The notes under the pieces: generated by a model
Seen by the model: the letters and a program-made list of their open reading frames with translations, nothing else
Told to the model about the DNA's origin: nothing
Database searches by the model: none
Translations under genes and position numbers: made by a program
Part shown: positions 1 through 14,093 of the stretch, one piece after another
How positions within the stretch are numbered: position 1 is the stretch's first letter
Layout of the letters: the number at the start of each line of letters is the position of its first letter
Assembly (NCBI RefSeq): GCF_009914755.1
Contig: NC_060940.1
DNA from: the human T2T-CHM13v2.0 reference genome, Homo sapiens
Reading direction: 5' to 3' (one strand)
DNA: 64,000 nucleotides

Positions 1-3000
1 TTTGAGTCCATTCGATGATTCCATTCGATTCCATTCAACGATGATTTGATTCGTGTCCATTCGATGATTCCATTTGATTCCACTTGATGATGATTCCATT
101 CGAGTCCATTTGATGATTCCATTCAATTCCATTCTCCGATGATTTCTTTTGAGCCCACTCAATGCTTCCACTCGATTCCATATGATGATGACTCCATTCG
201 ATGAAATTCGATGATGATTCCATTCGCTTGCATTCGATGATGATTCCACTTGAGTCCATTAGAAGATTCTATTCAATTACATTCCATGACGATTCCGTTC
301 GAGTCCATTTGATGATTCCATTAGACTCCATTCGACGATGATTCCATTCGATGTTATTCGATGATTCCATTCGATCTCATTCGATGATGATTCCATTCAA
401 CTCCATTCGATGTTTCCATTCGAGTTCATTCTATTATTCCATTAGATTCCATTCGATGATGATTCCATTCGATTCCATTTGATGATTGCATTCTATTTCA
501 TTTGATGATGATTCCATTCGAGTCCACTCGATGATTCCATTCGAGTCCATTTAATGAATCCATTGGTTTCAATTCTATGATGATTACATTGGATTCCATT
601 CGTTGATGATTTCATTCGGTTCCATTCAATGATGATTCCATTCAATTCCTTTCAATGTTTCCATTCAATTCCATACGATGATGATTCCATTTGATTTGAT
701 TCGACAGGGAGCCATTCGATTCAATTCCATGATGATTCTATTTGATTCCATTGGTTGACATTTCCATTCGATTCCATTCGATGATGATTCCCTTTGATTC
801 CATTCAAAGATGATTCCATTCTAGCCCATTCAATCATTCCATTCGATTCTATTCAATGATGATTCCATTCATGTCGATTTGGTGATTCCATTTGACTTCA
901 TTTGATGATGATTCCTTTCAAGTTCATTAGATGATTCCATTCGATTCCATTTGATGATGATCCCATTCGAGTCCATTCAGTGATTCCACTCGTTTCCATT
1001 CCATGATGATTCCATTCCATTCCATTCAATGATTCCATTCGATTCCGTTTGATGATGATTTCATTCGAGTCCATTTGATGATTCCACTTGATTCCATTCG
1101 ATGATGATTCCATTCGAGTCCATTCGATGATTCTATTCGAATCCATTTGATGATTTCTTTTGATTATAGTTGGTGATGATTCCATTGGAGTCCATTCAAT
1201 GATTCCATTTGATTCCAGTCTCTGATGATTACATTCGAGTCCATACGATGATTCCACTCAATTCCATATGATGATGATTCCATTCGATTCCATTCGGTGA
1301 TTCCATTCTATTCTATTCAATGGTGATTCCATTCGAGTACATTAGATGATTCCATTCGATTCCATTCAATGATGATTCTATTTGTGTCCCTTAGATGATT
1401 CCACATGATTCCATTAGATGATGATACTATTTGAGCCCATCCAATGATACCCTTCGATATCATTCGATGAGGATTCCATTCGATTCAATTCATTGGTGAT
1501 TCTATTCAATTCAATTCTTTGATTCCATTCCATTCCATTCGACAATGATTCCATTCGATTTCTTTCGATGATTCCACTCGATTCCACTTGACATTGATTC
1601 CCTTCGATTCCATTCAATGATTCCATTTGATTCCAGTGGATGATGATTGCCATCGATTCCATTCGATCACTCCATTCTATTCCATTTGATGATGATTACA
1701 TTCGATTCCATTTGACGATTCCATCTGATTCTATTCGAGGATTCCATTTGATTCCATTCGATGATGATTCCATTCGAGTCCATTCGATGATTTCATTCGA
1801 GTACATCCAATGATTCCATTCGAGTCCATTTGATGATTCCATTTGATTCCATTTGATAATGATTCTACTAGAGTCCATTCAATGACTCCATTCGAGTCCA
1901 TTCAACAATTCCATTCGACTCCATTTGATGATTCCATTGGATTCCATTTGATGATTCCATTCGAGTCCATTTAATCATTACAGTCGAGTCCATTTGGTGA
2001 TTCCACCGGATTTCTTTTGATAATGATACCATTCAATTACATTTGATGATGATCCCATTCAATTTCATTTGATGATGATTCCATTAGAGTCCATTCGATG
2101 ATTTCATTCGAGTCCCTTCATTGATTCCATCCGATTTCATTGGATGATGACTCCATTCGAGTCCATTCGATGATTCCACTCGATTCCATTAGATGATTCC
2201 ATTGGAGTCCATTTGATTGTTCCATTCGATTCCATTCGATTCCTTTCGAAGATTATTCCATTTGAGTCCATTCGATGATGATTCCATTCCATTCCATTCG
2301 ATGATTCCGTTTGATTCCATTCGATGATTCCCTTCGATTCCTTTCTTTGATGATTCCATTCCATTCCATTCAATGATTCCATTCGAATCTATTCCATGAT
2401 GATTCCTTTCGATTCCATTCGCTGATGTTTCCGTTCAATTCCATTCGATGATGATTCCATTCGATTCCATTCATTGAGGATTCCATTTGATTCCATTCAA
2501 TGATGATTCCGTTCTATTCCATTCAATGATTGCATTCAATTCCATTCAATGATTATCCCCTTAGAGTAAACTCAACGATTCCATTCAATACCATTCGATG
2601 ATGATTCCTTTTGAGTCCATTCAATGATTTCATTCAAGTCCATTTGATGATTCCTTTCAATTCCATTCTATGATGATTCCATTCGAGTCCATTCGATGAT
2701 TCCATTCGATTGCATTCGATTATTCCATTATATTCCAGTCAACGATGATTCCATTCGAGTCCATTCGATGATTCCATTAGAGTACATTTAATGATTGCTT
2801 TGTTTTCAATTCGAAGATGATTACATTGGATTACATTCTATGATACCATTCGATTCCATTCAATGATGATTCTACTCAAATCCATTGGATGATTCCATTC
2901 GTGTCCATTCGGTGATTTCATTAGATTCCATTCGAGGATGATTCCATTCGATTCCATTCGATGATTCCATTCAATTCCATTCGAGGATGATTCCATTCCA

Positions 3001-6000
3001 GTCCATATGATCATTCCATTTGATTTCATTCGATGATGATTCCATTCGATTCCATTCGATGATTCCATTCTATTCCATTCGATGATGATTCCATTCGAGT
3101 CCATTCGATGATTGCATTCGAGTCCATTTAATGATTCCATTGGGTTCAATTCAATGATGATTACATTGGATTCCGTTCTATGATTCCATTCAATTCCGTT
3201 CATTGACAATTTGATTCCATTCGATGATGATTCCATTTGAGTTCATTCGATGATTCTATTCGATTCTCTTCGATGGTGATTCAATTCTATTATATTGGAT
3301 GATTCCATTCGATTCCATTTGATGTTGATTCAATTCGATTCTATTCGATGATGATTCCACTGGATTTCACTTGATGATTCTATTCGATTCCATTCAATGA
3401 TGATTCACTTCTCGTCCATTGGATGATTCCATTTCATTCCATTCGATGATGATTCCATTCGATTCCATTCGATGATTCCATTTGATTCCATGCGACGGTG
3501 AGCAATTCGATTCAATTCCATGATGATTGTATTTGATTCAATTAGATGATGTTTCCATTCGAATCCATTCCATGATTATTCCATTGGAATCCATTCGGCG
3601 ATGATTAAATATGAGTCAATTCAATGATGATTCCATATGGGTACGTTCGATGATAATTCCATTTGATTTCATTCGATGCTTCTATTCAATTCCAGTTGAT
3701 GATGATTCCGTTGGAGTCCATACGATGATTCCATTTGATTTCATTTGATGATGATTCCATTCGATGATGATTACATTGGATTCCATTCTATGATTCCATT
3801 CAATTCCATTCGTTGATGATTCGATTCCATTAAATGATGATTCCATTTGAGTTCATTCGATGATTCTATTCGATTCCGTTCGATGGTGATTCAATTCTCT
3901 TATATTGGATGATTCCACTCGATTCCATTTGATGATTATTCCATTGGAGTCCACTTAGTGAATCCTTTAGATTCTACTCGAAGATGATTCCATTCGAGTC
4001 CATTCAATGATACCATTCAATTTCATTCGTTGATGCTTCCATTCAAGTGCATTCGATGATATCATTCGATTCCATTTGGTGATAATTCCATTTGATTCCA
4101 TGCGATGATTCTATTCGATTCCATTCAATGATAATTCCATTCAATTCAGTGATTCCTCTGGACTCCATTTGATGATGATTCCATTCAATGATTCCATTCG
4201 ATTCTATTCCAAAATGATTCCATTTGAATCCATTTGATGATGATTCCATTAGATTCCATTTGATGATTCCATTCGATTCCATTTGACGATGATTCCATTC
4301 GATTCCATTTGATGATTCCATTCTATTCTATTCGATGATGATTCCATTCGATTCCATTTGATGATGATTGGATTCGATTCCATTTGATGATTTCATTTGA
4401 TTCCATTCGTTAATGATTTCGATCAACTCCATTCGATGATTCCATTTGATTCCATTCGATAATGATTACATCCGAGTCCTTTCGATGATTCCATTTGAGC
4501 CTGTTCGATAATTCCATTTGAGTCCAATCAATGATTCCATTCATTTCCATTCAATGATTCCATTCGAGTCCATTTGATCATTCTGGTAGGGTCCGTTCGA
4601 TGTTGATTCCATTGGAGTGCATTCGATGATTCCATTCGAGTCCATTTTATGATTTGATTCGAGTCCTTTCGATGATTCCATTCGATTCCACTCGATGATG
4701 ATTTCATTCGAGTCCATTCGACACTTCCAATCGATTCCATTTGATGTTTCCATTCGAGTCCAATTGATGATTCCATTCAATTCCATTCGATGATGATTCC
4801 GTACGATTCCATTCTGTGATGATTCCATGTGATTGCATTCAATGATGATTCCTTTCGATTGCATTCGATTATGATTCATTTCGTGTTCATTCTATGGTTC
4901 CACAGGTTTCCATTCGATGACGTTTCCGTTCGTGTCCATTCCATTATTCCATTCTATTTCATTTGATGATGATTCCATTCGATTCCATTCATTGGTGATT
5001 CCACTCAATTCCATTCAATGATTCCATTCCATTTCTTTCAACAATGATTCCATTAGTTTCTAATCGATGATCCACTTGATTCCATTTGACGACGATTCCA
5101 TTCTTGTCCATTCGATGATTCCATTTGATTCCATATGATGATGATTCCATTCGATTCCATACGATGATGATTCCATTCGAGTCCATTCAATGGTGATTCC
5201 ATTCAATTCCATTCGATGATTCCTTTCGATTCCATTCGATGATGATGGCATTCGATTCCTTTCAATCATTCCCTTTGATTCCATTCAAAGGTGATTTCAT
5301 TCAAGTCCATTCGATAATTGCATTCGATTCCATTCTATGATGATTCCATTCGAGTCCATTTGATGATTCCATTCAATTCAAGTCAATGATGATTCCATTC
5401 GATTCCATTCGATGATTCCATTGGATTCCATTCGATGATGATTCCATTCAAATCCATTCGATAATTCAATTCAAGTCCATTCGATGATGATTAAAATCGA
5501 ATCCATTCAAAGATTCCATTCAGTTCCATTCGATGATTCCCTTAGATTCCATTCGATGATTCCACTTGATTTCATTTACGATGATTCCATTCGATTCCAT
5601 GTGATGATTCCATTCAATTCTATTCAATGCTGTTTCCATTTGATTCCATTCGACCATGATTGCCTTTGATTCCATTCAATGACTCCATTCGGTTCCTTTT
5701 GATGATGATTCCGTTCGATTCCATTTCATTATTCCATTTGATTCCATTGGATGAGTCCATTCGATTACATTCGATGATTATTCCATTCGAGTGCATTAGA
5801 TGATTCCATTCGAGTCCATTCGATGATTCCATTCGATTCCATTCGATGTTGATTCTGTTCAAATCCATTCGATGATTCCACTCGATTCCATTCGATGACT
5901 CCAGTTGATCCCATTCGATGATTTCCTTTGATTCCCTTTGATGATCATTCCATTTGATTCAATTCGGTGATTTCATTTGATTCCATTCAGTGATGTTTCC

Positions 6001-6079
6001 ATTCGACTCCATTCGATGATGATTCCATTCGACTCCATTCGATTATGATTTCATTCAATTCCATTCGATAATGATTCCC
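1..6079 (+). repeat. HOR unit 1, 6,079 bp (type A, with a B-like 3' end)
   Basis: Identical ORF marker at 35 and 6114 (spacing 6,079). Type-A markers are GACAGGGAG (~703), GATACCCTTCGATATC (~1446), absence of the 49-bp block and presence of the 16-bp block (~4915-4930). Confidence 0.9.
3534..3544 (-). promoter_or_regulatory. DUX4-consensus motif TAATTGAATCA, one per intact HOR unit (putative)
   Basis: The + strand reads TGATTCAATTA, whose reverse complement TAATTGAATCA fits TAAYBBAATCA. It recurs at 9613, 19560, 25770, 31882, 37994, 44132, 50243 and 56306. This is a motif match only; binding is not shown. Confidence 0.45.
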
Positions 6080-9000
6080 TTTGAGTCCATTCGATGATTC
6101 CATTCGATTCCATTCAACGATGATTTGATTCGTGTCCATTCGATGATTCCATTTGATTCCACTTGATGATGATTCCATTCGAGTCCATTTGATGATTCCA
6201 TTCAATTCCATTCTCCGATGATTTCTTTTGAGCCCACTCAATGCTTCCACTCGATTCCATATGATGATGACTCCATTCGATGAAATTCGATGATGATTCC
6301 ATTCGCTTGCATTCGATGATGATTCCACTTGAGTCCATTAGAAGATTCTATTCAATTACATTCCATGACGATTCCGTTCGAGTCCATTTGATGATTCCAT
6401 TAGACTCCATTCGACGATGATTCCATTCGATGTTATTCGATGATTCCATTCGATCTCATTCGATGATGATTCCATTCAACTCCATTCGATGTTTCCATTC
6501 GAGTTCATTCTATTATTCCATTAGATTCCATTCGATGATGATTCCATTCGATTCCATTTGATGATTGCATTCTATTTCATTTGATGATGATTCCATTCGA
6601 GTCCACTCGATGATTCCATTCGAGTCCATTTAATGAATCCATTGGTTTCAATTCTATGATGATTACATTGGATTCCATTCGTTGATGATTTCATTCGGTT
6701 CCATTCAATGATGATTCCATTCAATTCCTTTCAATGTTTCCATTCAATTCCATACGATGATGATTCCATTTGATTTGATTCGACAGGGAGCCATTCGATT
6801 CAATTCCATGATGATTCTATTTGATTCCATTGGTTGACATTTCCATTCGATTCCATTCGATGATGATTCCCTTTGATTCCATTCAAAGATGATTCCATTC
6901 TAGCCCATTCAATCATTCCATTCGATTCTATTCAATGATGATTCCATTCATGTCGATTTGGTGATTCCATTTGACTTCATTTGATGATGATTCCTTTCAA
7001 GTTCATTAGATGATTCCATTCGATTCCATTTGATGATGATCCCATTCGAGTCCATTCAGTGATTCCACTCGTTTCCATTCCATGATGATTCCATTCCATT
7101 CCATTCAATGATTCCATTCGATTCCGTTTGATGATGATTTCATTCGAGTCCATTTGATGATTCCACTTGATTCCATTCGATGATGATTCCATTCGAGTCC
7201 ATTCGATGATTCTATTCGAATCCATTTGATGATTTCTTTTGATTATAGTTGGTGATGATTCCATTGGAGTCCATTCAATGATTCCATTTGATTCCAGTCT
7301 CTGATGATTACATTCGAGTCCATACGATGATTCCACTCAATTCCATATGATGATGATTCCATTCGATTCCATTCGGTGATTCCATTCTATTCTATTCAAT
7401 GGTGATTCCATTCGAGTACATTAGATGATTCCATTCGATTCCATTCAATGATGATTCTATTTGTGTCCCTTAGATGATTCCACATGATTCCATTAGATGA
7501 TGATACTATTTGAGCCCATCCAATGATACCCTTCGATATCATTCGATGAGGATTCCATTCGATTCAATTCATTGGTGATTCTATTCAATTCAATTCTTTG
7601 ATTCCATTCCATTCCATTCGACAATGATTCCATTCGATTTCTTTCGATGATTCCACTCGATTCCACTTGACATTGATTCCCTTCGATTCCATTCAATGAT
7701 TCCATTTGATTCCAGTGGATGATGATTGCCATCGATTCCATTCGATCACTCCATTCTATTCCATTTGATGATGATTACATTCGATTCCATTTGACGATTC
7801 CATCTGATTCTATTCGAGGATTCCATTTGATTCCATTCGATGATGATTCCATTCGAGTCCATTCGATGATTTCATTCGAGTACATCCAATGATTCCATTC
7901 GAGTCCATTTGATGATTCCATTTGATTCCATTTGATAATGATTCTACTAGAGTCCATTCAATGACTCCATTCGAGTCCATTCAACAATTCCATTCGACTC
8001 CATTTGATGATTCCATTGGATTCCATTTGATGATTCCATTCGAGTCCATTTAATCATTACAGTCGAGTCCATTTGGTGATTCCACCGGATTTCTTTTGAT
8101 AATGATACCATTCAATTACATTTGATGATGATCCCATTCAATTTCATTTGATGATGATTCCATTAGAGTCCATTCGATGATTTCATTCGAGTCCCTTCAT
8201 TGATTCCATCCGATTTCATTGGATGATGACTCCATTCGAGTCCATTCGATGATTCCACTCGATTCCATTAGATGATTCCATTGGAGTCCATTTGATTGTT
8301 CCATTCGATTCCATTCGATTCCTTTCGAAGATTATTCCATTTGAGTCCATTCGATGATGATTCCATTCCATTCCATTCGATGATTCCGTTTGATTCCATT
8401 CGATGATTCCCTTCGATTCCTTTCTTTGATGATTCCATTCCATTCCATTCAATGATTCCATTCGAATCTATTCCATGATGATTCCTTTCGATTCCATTCG
8501 CTGATGTTTCCGTTCAATTCCATTCGATGATGATTCCATTCGATTCCATTCATTGAGGATTCCATTTGATTCCATTCAATGATGATTCCGTTCTATTCCA
8601 TTCAATGATTGCATTCAATTCCATTCAATGATTATCCCCTTAGAGTAAACTCAACGATTCCATTCAATACCATTCGATGATGATTCCTTTTGAGTCCATT
8701 CAATGATTTCATTCAAGTCCATTTGATGATTCCTTTCAATTCCATTCTATGATGATTCCATTCGAGTCCATTCGATGATTCCATTCGATTGCATTCGATT
8801 ATTCCATTATATTCCAGTCAACGATGATTCCATTCGAGTCCATTCGATGATTCCATTAGAGTACATTTAATGATTGCTTTGTTTTCAATTCGAAGATGAT
8901 TACATTGGATTCCATTCTATGATACCATTCGATTCCATTCAATGATGATTCTACTCAAATCCATTGGATGATTCCATTCGTGTCCATTCGGTGATTTCAT

Positions 9001-12000
9001 TAGATTCCATTCGAGGATGATTCCATTCGATTCCATTCGATGATTCCATTCAATTCCATTCGAGGATGATTCCATTCCAGTCCATATGATCATTCCATTT
9101 GATTTCATTCGATGATGATTCCATTCGATTCCATTCGATGATTCCATTCTATTCCATTCGATGATGATTCCATTCGAGTCCATTCGATGATTCCATTCGA
9201 GTCCATTTAATGATTCCATTGGGTTCAATTCAATGATGATTACATTGGATTCCGTTCTATGATTCCATTCAATTCCGTTCATTGACAATTTGATTCCATT
9301 CGATGATGATTCCATTTGAGTTCATTCGATGATTCTATTCGATTCTCTTCGATGGTGATTCAATTCTATTATATTGGATGATTCCATTCGATTCCATTTG
9401 ATGTTGATTCAATTCGATTCTATTCGATGATGATTCCATTGGATTTCACTTGATGATTCTATTCGATTCCATTCAATGATGATTCACTTCTCGTCCATTG
9501 GATGATTCCATTTCATTCCATTCGATGATGATTCCATTCGATTCCATTCGATGATTCCATTTGATTCCATGCGACGGTGAGCAATTCGATTCAATTCCAT
9601 GATGATTCTATTTGATTCAATTAGATGATGTTTCCATTCGAATCCATTCCATGATTATTCCATTGGAATCCATTTGGCGATGATTCCATATGAGTCAATT
9701 CAATGATGATTCCATATGGGTCCGTTCGATGATAATTCCATTTGATTTCATTCGATGCTTCTATTCTATTCCAGTCGATGATGATTCCGTTGGAGTCCAT
9801 ACGATGATTCCATTTGATTTCATTTGATGATGATTCCATTCGATGATGATTACATTGGATTCCATTCTATGATTCCATTCAATTCCATTCGTTGATGATT
9901 CGATTCCATTCAATGATGATTCCATTTGAGTTCATTCGATGATTCTATTCGATTCCGTTCGATGGTGATTCAATTCTCTTATATTGGATGATTCCACTCG
10001 ATTCCATTTGATGATTATTCCATTGGAGTCCACTTAGTGAATCCTTTAGATTCTACTCGAAGATGATTCCATTCGAGTCCATTCAATGATACCATTCAAT
10101 TTCATTCATTGATGCTTCCATTCAAATGCATTCGATGATATCACTCGATTCCATTTGATGATAATTCCATTTGATTCCATGCGATGATTCTATTCGATTC
10201 CATTCAATGATAATTCCATTCAATTCAGTGATTCCTCTGGACTCCATTTGATGATGATTCCATTCAATGATTCCATTCGATTCTATTCCAAAATGATTCC
10301 ATTTGAATCCATTTGATGATGATTCCATTAGATTCCATTTGATGATTCCATTCAATTGCATTTGACGATGATTCCATTCGATTCCATTTGATGATTCCAT
10401 TCTATTCTATTCTATGATGATTCCATTCGATTCCATTTGATGATGATTGGATTCGATTCCATTTGATGATTTCATTTGATTCCATTCGTTAATGATTTCG
10501 ATCAACTCCATTCGATGATTCCATTTGATTCCATTCGATAATGATTACATCCGAGTCCATTCGATGATTCCATTTGAGCCCGTTCGATAATTCCATTTGA
10601 GTCCAATCAATGATTCCATACATTTCCATTCAATGATTCCATTCGAGTCCATTTGATCATTCTGGTAGGGTCCGTTCGATGTTGATTCCATTGGAGTGCA
10701 TTCGATGATTCCATTCGAGTCCATTTTATGATTTGATTCGAGTCCTTTCGATGATTCCATTCGATTCCACTCGATGATGATTTCATTCGAGTCCATTCGA
10801 CACTTCCAATCGATTCCATTTGATGTTTCCATTCGAGTCCAATTGATGATTCCATTCAATTGCATTCGATGATGATTCCGTACGACTCCATTCTGTGATG
10901 ATTCCATGTGATTGCATTCAATGATGATTCCTTTCGACTGCATTCGATTATGATTCATTTCGTGTTCATTCTATGGTTCCACAGGTTTCCATTCGATGAC
11001 GTTTCCGTTCGTGTCCATTCCATTATTCCATTCTATTTCATTTGATGATGATTCCATTCGATTCCATTCATTGGTGATTCCACTCAATTCCATTCAATGA
11101 TTCCATTCCATTTCTTTCAACAATGATTCCATTAGTTTCTATTCGATGATCCACTTGATTCCATTTGGCGATGATTCCATTCGTGTCCATTCGATGATTC
11201 CATTTGATTCCATATGATGATGATTCCATTCGATTCCATACCATGATGATTCCATTCGAGTCCATTCAATGGTGATTCCATTCAATTCCATTCGATGATT
11301 CCTTCCGATTCCATTCGATGATGATGGCATTCGATTCCTTTCAATCATTCCCTTTGATTCCATTCAAAGGTGATTTCATTCAAGTCCATTCGATAATTGC
11401 ATTCGATTCCATTCTATGATGATTCCATTCGAGTCCATTTGATGATTCCATTCAATTCAAGTCAATGATGATTCCATTCGATTCCACTCGATGATTCCAT
11501 TGGATTCCATTCGATGATGATTCCATTCAAATCCATTCGATAATTCAATTCAAGTCCATTCGATGATGATTCCAATCGAATCCATTCAAAGATTCCATTC
11601 AATTCCATTCGATGATGATTCCCTTAGATTCCATTCGATGATTCCACTTGATTCCATTTACGATGATTCCATTCGATTCCATGTGATGAATCCATTCAGT
11701 TCTATTCAATGATGTTTCCATTTGATTCCATTGGACCATGATTGCCTTTGATTCCATTCAATGATTCCATTCGGTTCCATTTGATGATGATTCCGTTCGA
11801 TTCCATTTCATTATTCCATTTGATTCCATTGGATGAGTCCATTCGATTACATTCGATGATTATTCCATTCGAGTGCATTAGATGATTGCATTCGAGTCCA
11901 TTCGATGATTCCATTCGATTCCATTCGATGTTGATTCTGTTCAAATCCATTCGATGATTCCACTCGATTCCATTAGATGACTCCATTTGATCACATTCGA

Positions 12001-12161
12001 TGATTTCCTGTGATTCCCTTTGATGATCATTCTATTTGATTCAATTCGGTGATTTCATTTCATTGCATTCAGTGATGTTTCCATTCGACTGTATTCGATG
12101 ATGATTCCATTCGACTCCATTCGATTATGATTTCATTCAATTCCATTCAATAATGATTCCC
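6080..12161 (+). repeat. HOR unit 2, ~6,082 bp (type A, +3 bp GAT)
   Basis: Markers repeat at +6,079 (898/6977, 2838/8917, 4989/11068). An extra GAT at ~11611-11619 shifts the marker from the expected 11699 to 11702. Confidence 0.88.
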
Positions 12162-12266
12162 TTCGAGTCCATTCGATGATTCCATTCGATTCCATTCAAC
12201 GATGATTTGATTCGTTTCCATTCGATGATTCCATTTGATTCCACTTGATGATGATTCCATTCGAGT

Positions 12267-14093
12267 CTATTTATGTATTATATTCGTGTCCACTTCATGA
12301 TTCCATTCAATTCCATTTAATGTTGATTCCATTTGATTCCATTTGATGATTCAGTTCGATTCCTTGCAATGATTCCCTACGATTCCTTTCTATGATGATT
12401 CCATTCGATTCCATTCATTGATGATTTCATTCGACTCCATTCGATGATGATTCCTTTCGATTCCATTTGACGATGTTTCCATTCGAGTCCATTCGATCAT
12501 GATTCTATTCAATTCTGTTCTATTATGATTCCATTCGATTTCATTCAATGCTTCTATTTGATTCCATTCGATGATGATTCCATCTCTTTCCCTTCGATGA
12601 TTCCATTTGATTCCATTCAGTGATGATTCCATTTGATTCCATCTGATGATGATTTCACTTGATTCCTTTCAATGATGATTCAATTCAAGTCCATTCGATG
12701 ATTCCATTGGAGTCCAAACGATCATTCCGTTCGATTCCATTCAATGGTGATTCCATTCATGTCCATTCGATGAATCCATTCAATTCCATTCGATGATGAC
12801 TCCATTCGAGTACATTCGATGATTCCATTTGATTCCATTTGAAGATGATTCCATTCAATTCCATTCGAAGATGATTCCATTCAATTCCATTCGATGATGA
12901 TTCCGTATGAATCCATTCTCTGATTATTCCATTCGATTCCATTCATTGACGATTCCATTCAATTCCATTCAATGATGATTCTCTTCTATTCCATTCGATG
13001 ATTCCGGTCGATTCCATTCGATGATGATTCCATTAGATTCCATTCGATTGTTGCATTCGATTCCCTTCGATGATGATTCCTTTGAATTCCATTCGATTAT
13101 CATTCCGTATGAATCCATTTGATGATTATTCCATTGGATTCCTTTCGATGATGATTCCATTCGATTCCATTTGATGATGTTTCTCTTGTATTCCATTGGA
13201 TAATTCCTTTCAGTTCCCTTCGATGATTATTCTTTCGAGTCAATTCGATGATTCTATTCCATTCCCTTCGATGATGATTCCATTTCACTCCATTTGATGA
13301 TTCCATTCGACTCAATTTGGTGATGATTCAATTCGATGACATTCGATGACTCCATTCAATTTCATTTGATGATGATTGCATTCGAGTCCATTTGATGATT
13401 GTATTCCTTTCCTTTTGATGATTATTCCATTCGTGTCTATTCAAAGATTCCATTCTATTCCATTCAATGATGATTGCATTTGATTCCATTCAATGATTAT
13501 GGCTATCGATTCCACTCGTTGATTCCATTTGATTCCGTTCGAGGATTATTCCGTTAGATTCCATTAGAAGATTCCATTCGATTTTATTCAATGATTCCAA
13601 TGGATTCCATTCAATGATGATTCCATTCGACTCCATTCAGTGATTCCATTCGAGTCCATTTGATGATTCCATTTTTTTCCATTTGATGATGATTCCATTA
13701 GGGTCCATTCAATGATTCCATTCGAGTCCATTCGTTAACGCCTTTCGAGTCCTTTTGATCACTACATTCGAGTCCATTCAATGATTCTATTCGATTCCAT
13801 TCGATGATGATTCCATTCGAGTTCATTCGATGATTGCATTCGAGTCCATTTGATGATTCCAAATGATTCCATTCGACAATGATTCCATTCGTGTCCATTT
13901 GATGATTCCATTCATTTCCTATCGATGAAGATTCCGTTCAAGTGTATTCGATGATTCCATTCAAATCCATTCGATGATGATTCCATTCCAGTCCATTCGA
14001 TCATTCCACTTGATTCCATTTGATGACTATTCCATTCAAATCCATTTGATGATTCCATTCGATTCCATTCGATGTTACCATTCGAGTATATAC
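12267..14093 (+). repeat. Divergent ~1.83-kb HSat2 segment not belonging to the 6.1-kb HOR (copy 1)
   Basis: The HOR register breaks at 'gagtctatttatgtattatattcgtg' (~12263) and resumes at 'gatgattccactcgattccatttgatgattattccattggagtccacttagtg' (~14094, equivalent to unit offset ~3908). ORF markers at 12390-13898 occur only here and at 59106-60653. Confidence 0.85.

Noticed and set aside
5484-5669. 61-aa plus-strand ORF (MMIKIESIQRFHSVPFDD...) repeated in seven units
   Set aside because: It is a chance stop-free stretch of the satellite. Its conservation reflects HOR identity, and it is absent from the unit-2-type copies.
13698-13703. TTAGGG hexamer in the divergent segment (also ~60414)
   Set aside because: A single hexamer derivable from TTCGAG/TTAGAG by point mutation; it is not an interstitial telomeric tract.
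12267-14093. Transposon insertion as the cause of the break in periodicity
   Set aside because: The segment is itself CATTC/GATGAT satellite, with no poly(A), terminal repeats, target-site duplication, or recognisable Alu/L1/LTR sequence.
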